Part shown: positions 1 to 13,839 of the stretch, piece by piece
How the letters are laid out: each line of letters begins with the position of its first letter
How positions within the stretch are numbered: the stretch's first letter is position 1
Assembly (NCBI GenBank): GCA_002269645.1
Contig: NIVC01000064.1
Span: 248,001 to 312,000, forward strand
Source: Macrostomum lignano
Lineage: Eukaryota
Direction of reading: 5' to 3'
DNA length: 64,000 nucleotides
The notes under the pieces: generated by a model
What the model saw: only the letters and a program-made list of their open reading frames with translations
The model's database searches: none
Told to the model about the DNA's origin: nothing
Made by a program: the position numbers and the translations under genes

Positions 1-1138
1 GTTGATTTTTTTGAGAACCATCTAGCCATTTTTTTCAAATTTTAAAAACTTACTTATTTTTCAAGGATCATGCATAACTTTTTGATGAAAAATTCCAATG
101 AGAAGTGTGTCAAATATTTGAAAAAAGATTTTTTATGCTATCAATGGTGCTCTATTTCTTAATTTATTTGCTCAGTTTAACCATTTAGGTCTAACCTTGG
201 ACAATTTATCATGTAGAATGTACAATAAAGTTAAGGAGACATTTTATGACGCTTTACATAGCAGGCTCACAATTTGTAGGATTGTTTAAATTTTATTATT
301 GTTTACCAACCAGTCTAATATAGACAATTGATAAAAGAATGGGTGCATAGGAGAGAGGGAGTTAAAAAGATAGCCTGAAATTTATCAAGCCCCTAAACTG
401 CTCTGATCTTGATTGTCTTGTTTTATGAATACAACACTAGGTGGTATAATTTCAAATGGGGATAATAACAAATGGGCCCAATAAATTTAGAATTATTTGG
501 CAAATTGGTATATAAAATTTATACCAATTGTCAATGGGTCAAAAAAATTACACCAATTGTTATAGAGTCAAATATTTTAAAAACAAAATTTTCATTGTTT
601 GAATTTTTTATTTGAATGCCTATTATCAGGGGCTTGATGTTATAGTATGCTTATATACTTAGTAATATTGAAAAGTCGCCATCATAGAAGATTCTATCTA
701 TGGTTGCCGCTTTTGAGAGTGCAAGTGAAAGTGAGAGTGAAGTGAGAGTGAAGAGTGAAGTGACACAAATTGCTACACCGTGGCAGGCTTAAGTTGAGGA
801 ATAAAGTGGGGCCTACAATGTGCTAGGGTTTTGTTGAATAGATTAAAGCCATCTAATTAGTTTTCTTGTATCTTTTATTTCAGAATAGGCCCTAGTCCAA
901 GATAAAATTGCTCAATGGCGTATAAAGTAGCAATTTTTCAATGTTGCTAAGTATATATAAAATTTTAAACAATGAAAAATAGATTTGGATTTGGAAGTTG
1001 GTTAAATATTCAAAAAAAAAGTTTTTTATGCTATCAATGTTTTGAATTTTAATGCCCCGATGGGGGCTTAATAGAGTATTTTATTCTATATTTATATGTA
1101 AATAGCATTTTAGTTATGTGTTGGAGGCTTGACAAAAG

Positions 1139-1648
1139 CCACACTCCAGATCATGTAGTATATGCCAAAAAATTCGGGCGTGCATTGGCCTTGCACGCCA
1201 AAATTAGGCGTGCATAGTTGGCGTGCATCACTCCTGAGAAAATAGTATGCGTGCACACCTGGCATGCACTTTATAGAATCACGAGTAAAAGTTATTGTAA
1301 AGTAGAAAAAGATGAAAAAAGTTCATTTTCAAGCACAAATTTTAAGCTTTCCAGGTTTTTCCAGCTCGTAAAAGACTATTTAAACAAATCTTTGCATGTA
1401 TAAACTTTCCGCTATTAATAGTATCGCCAAAAAAGCTTTAAAAGCAACAAAATTATCCAATATTAAAGGTCTATTACGCAATTTAAAAAAGGTCTTTTAT
1501 TGTCACAACGTAAAAAAGGTCATAAAATAATTATTGTTGCAACACCGGCATATTTTTGAGAACGGGCATGCACTAAATTTTTTTCGGTGTGCATTTGTAA
1601 TTATTCAATTTTTGTTCAGGCGTGCACCCAGCATGATCCGGACTATGG
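1139..1648. mobile_element. Non-autonomous DNA transposon (MITE), hAT/P-like
   Basis: Imperfect TIRs CCACACTCCAGATCATG / rc CCATAGTCCGGATCATG, perfect 8-bp TSD GACAAAAG (1131-1138, 1649-1656), repeated subterminal GGCGTGCA motifs. Confidence 0.8.
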
Positions 1649-3143
1649 GACAAAAGTAGGACTTGAAATCAAACAAATGGGCCAAATATGTATTTTTATA
1701 TAACACCAACAATAACACAATTTTACACTATAGATGAAGTAAATCATAGTATCCTCAAAACACGCATAGCCCAAGGCTACAACTTATTTCATTTTTTAAA
1801 TTAAAGACATACCTGAATGCTGATTGATGTTTCATTGACAAGTGATAAGCAAAACTGACTTTGGAGTGCCAATTCATTGCTTAAAAGTGGACGAATACGG
1901 CAAACAACCTTAATATTTTCCGCTTTTGCTTCTACCATGATTAGAACAACAGAAATGCAATATTACGTTAATTAATAAAAGAACCTAACTTGCGAAGGAA
2001 AAATACTTACTATGTTCCTATTGAATGTCCTAGACTGCGTGCTTAAAAGTCATTATCTTAAATCACATAAAAACAAAGTTTGAAAGTGTTAAATTACTAT
2101 AACAAGTCTTATGTACTAAAAATAGAAAAAATACAAAATAAATAAAATTTACTTATTTAACTGGTTACTAAATAATATTTAGTACTTTTATGTTTCAATT
2201 TATTATCACGTGTACGAATGGTGATACTCGCAGTTTTTCAAGAAAATCTCTACCTATAAAAATCAAAACTCTGTCTGTCAAATCATAAAAAAATATATTT
2301 CACAATTCACGCAATTCTTTTTTAACTCCTTGCTTTTTCTTTCACTTCGTTAGTCGTCCAAGGTTTCGTCAACAACATTTACGCGTTCTTTCAAATAACC
2401 ATATTGCAAAACTCGTACAATCGTAGTTAAATAACTAGGGCCTAATGTTAAAATATTGCCTTCTGTTCCTGAAGTGATCTTAAATACACAGAAATATATT
2501 GGCCAAACATGCAACAGGCTTCTTGCCTGAGCCAAACTTACTACTACTACTGTTTTTCTACGAAAATATGGTTTTAAGCAGCTAAGTTTGGCCTAGCTGT
2601 CCAAACATACTGAAACACTGGTCATTCAGCTTGTCAAAAGTTCTAAGGCCTACTATTACTAAATATCTGTAACACTTATAAGTCTTTTACCTTTTAGTTT
2701 CTATATGTCAAGAATCTTGTTGTTATGACAATAAGTGCCATTCAAGGTTTAATAGCATCTTTACTATTGATAATATCTATATGAAAGTATATAAACATAT
2801 TCGTGACAAAATAGGCCTAGTCTTTTACTATATCACATATGTATAATTATTTTAGTATATTCTATTATTATATTTCATTTTTTAAGTAAAAATAGCCTGT
2901 AACTGTAATGTTATGGCTATGCTTATATGGAATGAGCCTCATGTTTTATATTTAGGATAGGATTGTTAGACAAAAGTGAGGGAGGTATAGAAGCTTACCA
3001 TCCATAATAAATAAGTTTGTTCTGAACCCTGCAAATCATTGATAAAGGTGTAGTATTTGACATAGACTGGGACTCTGTCTCAACCAAATGAACACAATCA
3101 AACTGCAACTTTGAGACCATACTAGGCCATATTCCATTCAATC

Positions 3144-3728
3144 TAGGTTGTGGATAGTTTACATATATGCCAAAACCTTTCCAGTGTACAAAATGTCAAC
3201 CCTAAGTCCTTGGTGTATATAACCGGTATATACAACCCTTGGCACACTTTGTTGGCATATACTATTGGCATATATAAGTAAGACAACCACATATATATTT
3301 TTGGCATACAAATTTGCTGAATAAATTTATGCCATGCATGAAAATTGTAATGTAAATTAATGTTTTTACTGTAAAATAAAGGAAAATTTGTATAGTCTCG
3401 AAGGTCCATGATAAACTTTTTGCTTCTTTAAAGTAACAATAAATAAATATAAATTATTGCTAAGAGCATCAATTTTGTATCAATATTTCTGTTAGGCCTA
3501 GTATAATTTAAGTTTTTTTAAAAATGAAAATATTCGTAATATTAAAAAAAACTTTTTGTACAAAAGCTTACTTCTTAAAAAACTCTTGTAAAAATTGAAT
3601 GACCTTTTTAGGATGAATTTTTGGCATACATTTTAGGATTTTTTGTTTTAGGCTTACACTGGCATACATTTAGATGAGCTACTAGGATTCTTATTCTGGC
3701 ATTCTTATTCTATACAATCCACAACCTG
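3144..3728. mobile_element. Degenerate MITE
   Basis: TIR pair TAGGTTGTGGAT / ATCCACAACCTG, internal repeated TGGCATA motifs; TSD only degenerate. Confidence 0.5.
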
Positions 3729-4364
3729 GCATTTAATTTTATGATACAATCCCTCTAATACAATTCTACTATTAGTTTGATTATAATTCAAAGCCTATAC
3801 ACTCTTTTTGGTTTCATTTTATGATCACCTACATATTTCACCATTTATGGAAGCTACACTTCCATAACTTTCTATACTAAATTTCAATGCCTTTCAGTAA
3901 TGATTTGAAGGGACTTTGAAAAGTTGGTAAAATGTAACAAATGTGAAATGTTATATTTTGATATACTTGTAGTGGAGTGCCTTTTTGACTCTTTTTAATG
4001 GGGATTGTAAAACCAAACTTGACCTGCTCAGGGATCAGATCTAACAAAAGAATGCCAGAGTTTCAAAAAAATAATTTTTAATACCAACATTACTTTTAGT
4101 TCTATGATTAAAAAGTTAGTTTTTGCTTTCTCTAGAATGTTATAGGAAATTTTAAACAAGCTTTTTTGATTGAATATTTCTTTATCATAGACTAGCCATT
4201 TAACTACAACTACAACTACTACTACTACAACTACTACTAGTGCTACTAATACTACTACAAATAATAATAAAATCAAAAAACGTTACAGCGACCAAACCAT
4301 TCAAACGCAGACCTGCAGCAGTTGCCAGCACAGTAATAACTTTAGTCTCGCTCTATTGCTATAA

Positions 4365-5228
4365 ATGGAGTCCGAATTTGAGAAGCGTCTATTTGGCTCA
4401 CCTCGCAATTCACCAATTAAGGCCTTGACCAGCCCATCAACAACTCCATTAAAAGATGGCTATGGGGACAGATTTGTTTCTATGCGCAGTCCCAGGACAG
4501 CTGTGGCTAGGCGAGGCATCACATTTGGCTGGCAGGATGCCAGCTCCAATGCCGCCGCAGCCGTCTCAACTGCTGCTCAATCTACGGCTAGCAACAAAGA
4601 TGGCTCCGAGAATCCCAGCATGGAAACTTACAAAGCATTGCTCAACCAGGAGCTCAGCGATGCTGCTAATATTGGCACTAATGGAGGTGTTGTTAGAGAA
4701 GCTGCTAGCAACAATCGGGTACTGATGGCCAGGGAAACTAGTAGTATGTTCGCTGTAAGTAGTTTTGCGTGTATATTTTTTAATTAAATCTATTTTAATC
4801 TGTCTATTTTCCAATATTTCTATCGAAAACTAGTTGAACCTGTCGAATATGAACACCAACAAGATTTGTACTTGTAGGTTTGTACTTTTAAAGTACTCGC
4901 GACTCACTTCGACACTTGTCCTCCCTTCCTTCAAACAGTTTCGCTCCCATCGGCAGAGTCCGCACGAGTACAAATCCGCGCCCTACATGCTTTCGCCTAT
5001 TAGCGACGAGTCGCAACGCATTCTGAGTTCGCCTAAGCGGGTAGGCAGTGGATTTTCATTATTTATTTCAGTTCTGCTTGTACCTACCATACTACTTGCA
5101 TCAGAGTAGCTAGCTACATGTAGGCAACACTTTTATTATTTATAAATTTCCGGAACTTTCTCCGGCTTAAAAAATTTAGTCCTCTTAAGGTTGGCCAGTT
5201 AAAAAAACAATTAGATAGATAGATGGAC

Positions 5229-5283
<55 letters not shown>

Positions 5284-5340
5284 GAGATAGACAGATAGAT
5301 AGACAGATGGATAGACAGATGGATGGATAGATAGATGGAC

Positions 5341-5408
<68 letters not shown>

Positions 5409-5412
5409 GGAC

Positions 5413-5444
<32 letters not shown>

Positions 5445-8400
5445 GGACAGATAGATAGATAGATAGATAGACAGATAGATAGACAGATAGATAGACAGAT
5501 AGATAGACAGATAGATAGATGGATAGACGGACAGACATAGATAGATAGATAGACAGACAGATACATAGATAGATAGATAGACATAGATAATTATAGATAA
5601 ATCTAATAAAATCTAATAAATTTTAAATTTAATAAATAAATTTAGATAGATTTGATGAGGTCTGTTTTCAGATGTCGAATTTATGAAAAACTGATAAAGC
5701 TAAACTAAAAGATCAATAACTCAGCTAACTTGCATTCTTATCAATTCAAAACTCGTGATTTCCGCTCCCACAGCAAGTCCGTAAAATCCCCAAGCTGCCC
5801 TACAAAGTGCTGGACGCGCCCGACCTATTGGACGATTTCTATTTGAATTTGGTGGATTGGTCGTCACGTAACACCCTGTCTGTTGGCTTGGGCTGCTGTG
5901 TGTACCTGTGGAATGCCTATACTTGTCAGGTGCGTGACAACTGTTTGTCTTTGTCTTTAGGGTGTAATTACGTGCTACAAAGACATCAGGTGTTATTTTT
6001 GGGGCTAAAGAACACACCAGGTGTGGTTACAGGGGCTAAAAAGACTCCAGGTGTGGTTACAGGGGCTACAAAGACTCCAGGTAAGGTTATATGGGCTACA
6101 AAGACTCCAGGTGTGGTTATATGAGCTACAAAGACACCAGATGTGGTTATAGGGGCTACAAAGAGAGCAGGTGTGTTTATATGGGCTACAAAGACACCAA
6201 GTGTGATTATAGGGGCTACAAAGACGCCTGTAATGAGATAATTTTTAATTAGTAGACAATATGCATTTAGTAGTCAAAATGACTACCGATATGTATCGAA
6301 AAAGTAACAGTTAGCTGCCGCCGCCAATCTCAGGTAACTCGACTCTGCGATCTCAGCGCCGAAAGCGACAGCGTCTCCTCCGTGGCCTGGTCTGAGAAAG
6401 GCGACCTGGTAGCAGTCGGCACTCACCGCTGCCAGGTGCAAATCTGGGACGTCAACACTACTGAGAAGGTTCGCGTGCTTGACGGTCACAGCGGCCGGGT
6501 AGGCGCCCTAGCCTGGAACGGCGACCTGTTGGCTAGCGGCTCTCGGGATCGCACCATCCGCCTGTGGGACTATCGCCGACCCTGTGGCGGCAGCGGCGGC
6601 TCCACTAGCGTCAGCGGCGGCACTTTCACTCGGCCGTCGTCAAATCAGCGACTAACGAACCACAGGCAGGAGGTGTGCGGCCTGAAATGGAGCCCAGATC
6701 GGCAGCATTTGGCTAGCGGCGGCAACGATAACAAACTGTTGGTTTGGTCTACGCATTCTACTCAGCCGCTGCTGACTTATAACGATCACGCCGCCGCTGT
6801 TAAAGCTATCGCTTGGTCGCCGCACCAGCACGGCCTGCTAGCATCTGGCGGCGGCACTGCGGATCGGTGTATCCGCTTCTGGAACACGCTGACCTCCCAG
6901 CCGCTCAGTTGTATTGATACTGGCTCGCAGGTGAGGCTGCTGAAATGAAAAGAGGGGGATTGTGCGCATTTTAAAGCGTTTCGGAATTTCAGGATAGGAA
7001 TTAGTAGCTATGAGATTGGGGTTAGTAGCTATAAGATTCGGATTAGTAACTGTGAGATTGGGGTTAGTAGCTATAAGATTCGGATTAGTAACTGTGAGAT
7101 TGGGGTTAGTAGCTGTGAGATTGGGGTTAGTAGCTATAAGATTCGGATTAGTAACTGTGAGATTGGGGTTAGTAGCTATAAGATTCGGATTAGTAACTGT
7201 GAGATTGGGGTTAGTAGCTGTGAGATTGGGGTTAGTAGCTATAAGATTGGGATTAGTAGCTTTGAGATTGGGGTTAGTAGCTGTGAAATAGGGGTTATTA
7301 GCTATGAGATTGGGGTTAGTAGCTATGTGATTGGGATTAGTAGCTGTGAGATTGGGGTTAGTAGCTGTGAGATTGGGGTTAGTAGCTGTGAGATTGGGGT
7401 TAGTAGCTATAAGATTGGGATTAGTAGCTTTGAGATTGGGGTAAGTAGCTGTGAGATAGGGATTAGTAGCCATCTGATTGTGGTTAGTAGCTATGGGATT
7501 GGGATTCTTAGCTGTGAGATTGGGATTAGTAGCTTTGAGATTGGGGTTAGTAGCTATGTGATTGGGGTTAGTAGCTTTGAGATTGGGGTAAGTAGCTGTG
7601 AGATAGGGATTAGTAGCCATCTGATTGTGGTTAGTAGCTATGGGATTGGGATTCTTAGCTGTGAGATTGGGATTAGTAGCTTTGAGATTGGGGTTAGTAG
7701 CTATGTGATTGGGATTAGTAGCTATGGGATTCGGATTAGTAGCTATGGGATTGGGATTAGTAGCTGTGAGATTGGGATTAGTAGCTGTGAGATTGGGATT
7801 AGTAGCTGTGAGATTGGGATTAGTAACTATACGATTCGGGATTAGTAGCTGTGAGATTGGGATTAGTAGCTTTGAGATTGGGATTAGTAGCTTTGAGATT
7901 GGGATTAGTAGCTATGGGATTCGGATTAGTAGCTATGGAATTGGGATTAGTAGCTGTGAGATTGGGATTAGTAGCTTTGAGATTGGGATTAGTAGCTATG
8001 GGATTCGGATTAGTAGCTATGGGATTGGGATTAGTAGCTGTGAGATTGAGATTAGTAGCTGTGAGATTGGGATTAGTAGCTGTGAGATTGGGATTAGTAA
8101 CTATACGATTCGGGATTAGTAGCTGTGAGATTGGGATTAGTAGCTTTGAGATTGGGATTAGTAGCTTTGAGATTGGGATTAGTAGCTATGGGATTCGGAT
8201 TAGTAGCTATGGAATTGGGATTAGTAGCTGTGAGATTGGGATTAGTAGCTGTGAGATTGGGATTAGTAGCTGTGAGATTGGGATTAGTAACTATAAGATT
8301 CGGGATTAGCAGCTATGAGATTTGCACAGGACTCTTACCGATTTGCAATTTCAATCATACCATCACACTAGGTGTGCAACATCGCCTGGTCAAAGCACTC

Positions 8401-8650
8401 CAACGAGTTGGTGACAACGCATGGCTATTCTCAGAATCAAATCCTGCTGTGGAAGTACCCTGCACTCACTCAGATTGGCAAACTCACCGGCCACAGCTGC
8501 CGGGTTCTCTACCTGTCAGTCAGTCCCGACGGCGAGTCCATTGTCACCGGGGCTGGCGACGAAACCCTGCGATTCTGGCACGTGTTCAGCAAAGCCAAAC
8601 AGGCCAAGACTGCGCATTCTCAGCTGGGCTTGTTTGCTGGCGTGCGCTGA
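4365..8650 (+). CDS. fzr: Fizzy-related / Cdh1 APC/C co-activator (WD40), 5 exons, ~507 aa
   Basis: Exons 4365-4754, 4939-5040, 5774-5929, 6334-6930, 8372-8650, all GT-AG phase 0. Motifs: C-box-like [95 protein letters not shown], terminal VR. Confidence 0.95.
5209..5588. repeat. (GATA/GACA)n microsatellite in fzr intron 2
   Basis: Direct reading of sequence. Confidence 0.97.
5986..6225. repeat. 30-bp minisatellite in fzr intron 3
   Basis: Unit ~GGGGCTACAAAGACTCCAGGTGTGGTTATA, ~8 copies. Confidence 0.9.
6998..8320. repeat. 21-bp minisatellite in fzr intron 4
   Basis: Unit GATTGGG(G/A)TTAGTAGCTGTGA, ~60 copies, internal block duplications (e.g. 147-bp period 7441/7588). Confidence 0.95.
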
Positions 8651-8724
8651 TGGTATCTAACTGAAGCCTAATTCACATTATTATTGTGTTCTTTTACTTT
8701 GCGCTGTGAGCCACTGGGTACTTC

Positions 8725-9285
8725 CTAGATTAGGGATTTGAGATACCTAGATTAGGGATTTGAGATACCTAGATTAGGGATCCTCTGAGATACCCAGATT
8801 AAGGGATTTGAGATACCTAGATTATGGGATTTGAGATACCTAGATTATGGGATCTGTGAGTTTCTAGATTTAGGATCTGTGAATTTCCAGATTAAAGATC
8901 CGTGAATTTCCGGCTTTAAGATCTGTGAATTTTCAGGATTTAAGATCTGTGAATTTCCAGATTTGGGATCTGTGAATTTCCAGATTAGGGATCTGTGAAT
9001 TTCCAGATTTGGGATCTGTGAATTTCCAGATTAGGGATCTGTGAATTTTCAGGATTTAAGATCTATGAATTTTCAGGATTTAAGATCTGTGAATTTCCAG
9101 ATTTGGGATCTGTGAATTTCCAGATTAGGGATCTGTGAATTTCCAGATTTGGGATCTGTGAATTTCCAGATTTGGGATCTGTGAATTTCCGGATTTCGGA
9201 TCTGTGAATTTCCAGATTTGGGATCTGTGAATTTTCAGATTTGGGATCTGTGAATTTTCAGATTTGGGATCTGTGAATTTCTAGA
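8725..9285. repeat. 22/23-bp minisatellite 3' of fzr stop
   Basis: Unit grades from GGGATTTGAGATACCTAGATTA to GGGATCTGTGAATTTCCAGATTT. Confidence 0.9.
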
Positions 9286-9664
9286 TTGCATACATTTAGG
9301 GCAAAGTCGCAAAGTAAAACAAACACCGCGCGCATTTGAAGCCAGCCCCAGCCGCATAAGCCGGCTAGAGATTTCTACCGCTTTATTTGTCTTGCTCCAT
9401 TTTTTCTTGCGTTTTTACGTTTGTAATTTTTTTCTGTTATTAGCGTCTGAAAAATATGCCGCACTTTGCTATTCTTAACATTTTTTTCTCTTTAGCACCA
9501 TGTGGCACCAGTGCATGCCATTGTAATCACTGTACTACTTGTGCGTGTGTGCCATTTTTTTATTTGATTCCACAATGCGACGATACGAGCCTTCTGGGTA
9601 AAACCACAGATACTAAAATAACTGGATGGGCCACTCAGGCATAGGTATTTAGTAAAACTGCTTT

Positions 9665-10004
9665 CTACTTTCAGTTCAGTAGCAAAGAAGAATACTATAG
9701 CTATTTTATAAAAATAAAGGCGGCTGAAACGACTGATAAGTTTAGAAGCCCACAAGCTTGCAGGCGTAAACAACTTGCTAATTGGTTCAGCAATAATGTA
9801 CATTGGCCAGTCCACTGAAATGTACATGGCAGCTTTAGGCTGGAATTCCGAGAAAGGCAATAAAAATTTGGGCGGGGCGGGGGGTAGTGTGGAAAGGCGC
9901 GGTTGAAGGGTTTAAGCGAGGGGGGGTAAGAGCCAATAAATGAGCCGTGGCTTTAAAAATGAATTAAAATGCTTCGGCTTAACTTACTACTGAACTGAAA
10001 GTAG
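9665..10004. mobile_element. Candidate MITE
   Basis: Perfect 18-bp inverted repeat CTACTTTCAGTTCAGTAG (9665-9682) / CTACTGAACTGAAAGTAG (9987-10004); no clear TSD. Confidence 0.5.
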
Positions 10005-10472
10005 CTTACATGCAAATTTGCAGAGTGGCCCATCTAGTTATTCTAGTATCTGTGCGTAAAACAAAAAAAAAGAAATAAGCCACTTGTAAAAGCGAACTTT
10101 CATTCTCTAAATAGATTTGCAATCCGCTGGCCCTCCTAACTCTTCAAAAATATTTGTGCAAATCTTCATTTATCTCCGAAAATTGTCTGATTGGCTAAAA
10201 AACTGTCCAAATCTGTATTTTTTCTTTACATGTATAATCCGCTGCACTACTATTAGTAGCCAGTTTTATTTTTAAGATTATTTATTATATTCAGCGCTTA
10301 GCTGTAAACACAATATATTGCTTCTATATAACTTCTCCTAACCTTACCAAGCGCATTAAAATGCCTGCTTGTGTGTGTATAAATATATCCTGTATATTTT
10401 ACATTAGCCGTGCTAAGTGCTTAATACACAACCATTTCGATTCATGGCTGTCAGGTCACCAAAAATATATTA

Positions 10473-12269
<1,797 letters not shown>

Positions 12270-12562
12270 TTACTAAAGCTTCGTTTCCAAAAATTCTTTT
12301 TTAAAAAATTCAACTCGAAAATTTTCGTTTTACTATTGTCTGACGCATTTGCTGAGTAAACTGTACACAGCTGTCTGCAGTCCGTTTTTTAGTGCGATGC
12401 TTTTTTCGTTACAAAAATGTTGATTGACAGATTTCGGCTTAGGTAGGTTTCAATGCTTCTGCATGCGAGACGGGGAACTAAATTGATGAAAAACTAAATT
12501 TAGCCCTTAGCCTGGTGTCTGGTGTTTTTTTACCTTGCAACAGCTAATCTATGGAGTTAGTT

Positions 12563-12740
12563 GTGCCGTAGTCCAGCGACCCAGTCTTGAACCCAAGTGC
12601 TAATTTGAGGCTAAATTGGAATCTCAGCTTGGCTCTGCTCGTGCAATTGCAGTGTGAGTGTATGCCTGCTCAGGGGAGTCGGCGGAATGGGCAGTAATGC
12701 CTCTATCCGGTTGTGTGATAGTGTCGCTTAAAGTGTCTAA
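12563..12740 (+). mobile_element. tRNA-derived SINE copy, internally deleted (family of 26330-26674)
   Basis: Collinear match to the reverse complement of 26330-26674 (CCAGCGACCCAG, GGGAATCTC.GCTTGGCTCTGCTCGTGCAATT, GTATGCCTGCTCAGG, GGCGGAATGGGCAG, TGTCGCTTAAAGTG). Confidence 0.75.
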
Positions 12741-13839
12741 TAAAGAGACATGCGTGCTAGTGACTCTCCCATGAGATTTCTTAGAATTAGATAGATAATC
12801 CAATTGATTATCCAACTAATCCAATTCACACGGGTGATTTTTTACTACCCGAGTTAATGATGCAGCTGAGAATCGAGACATCATCGCAATGTGATTGGCC
12901 TTACCAGGTGCTTGCGTGTAGCTAATATTCAAATCCTCAGACTTAACGATTGTTGTAAACAAGTTTCTACAGCTCACCCCTGCTAGAGAGAGGCGGGTTA
13001 GTGTAACTATGGCAATGTTTTTTGTTTTCCTCTTCTTAAGCCTCCTCTCCCCGCCATCTGCCAGCGTGACTGCCTGCAGCTGCAGTATTGGCTTCCTATT
13101 GTGTCTTAATTGTCGTATGCAGCTGCGTGGGTTTAAGAGGTGGGGTGGGGGGTTGAGACCGACTCTGCATGCGTAGCACGCTTCAGTGCCCCATGCGTGC
13201 AGCGCTCTGTTTCTGTGAAATTTTCGCGTTTTAAAAAAATTATGGAAGTTGTTTTCAACTCACAGCGTCTCCTGGGGGGGGGAGCAGTGGATTCTGTCTC
13301 GAGACTTACGTGGGTGGAAGGGATGGAAATATGGATTGCCAAGAAGTTTTGGATTGCCATCGCCTGTTTTAAAGACCTGTGTGCTTCTTTTCACCAGCTA
13401 TTTTTTTTCAACAGCCTCTTCGGCGAGAGCGGGTTGGATTCAAATAGAAGGCATTGAGAAAAGAAAATTCCACTATTGAATTATGTATCAACTACTGGCG
13501 CAATTGGGTTCTTTGCATTGCGTTTAGCTATGAAAAATAAATGAGTCATTGTTTAAGGGTCTGTAGCGTATACTGTACCGCAAAATTCTCACTAGAGTAC
13601 AACCTTAAATATGCACCATTTTCCTGTACAATTATTAAGGAATAATAAGTTGTTTATCAGCATTTAGTTTTAATACAATTGTGTGTTTAATATTATTTAC
13701 AAAATTGTAATTAGGCTAGTTCAAGATATTCACGGTTTTCTTTCTCAAAGCTCACTAGAAACCACCAAGATACCAGCTTTGGTATTTTAAATTTATCAAT
13801 TCTGCACCATTATTTTAGAAGTATTTGATTCGACTTTTC

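Noticed and set aside
1-4300. Short ORFs in AT-rich flanks (also 56200-60200)
   Set aside because: No recognisable motifs or coherent exon chains; composition typical of intergenic DNA and TE debris.
6838-8309. ATNPNL / RLGLVA repeat ORFs
   Set aside because: They lie in fzr intron 4 minisatellite.
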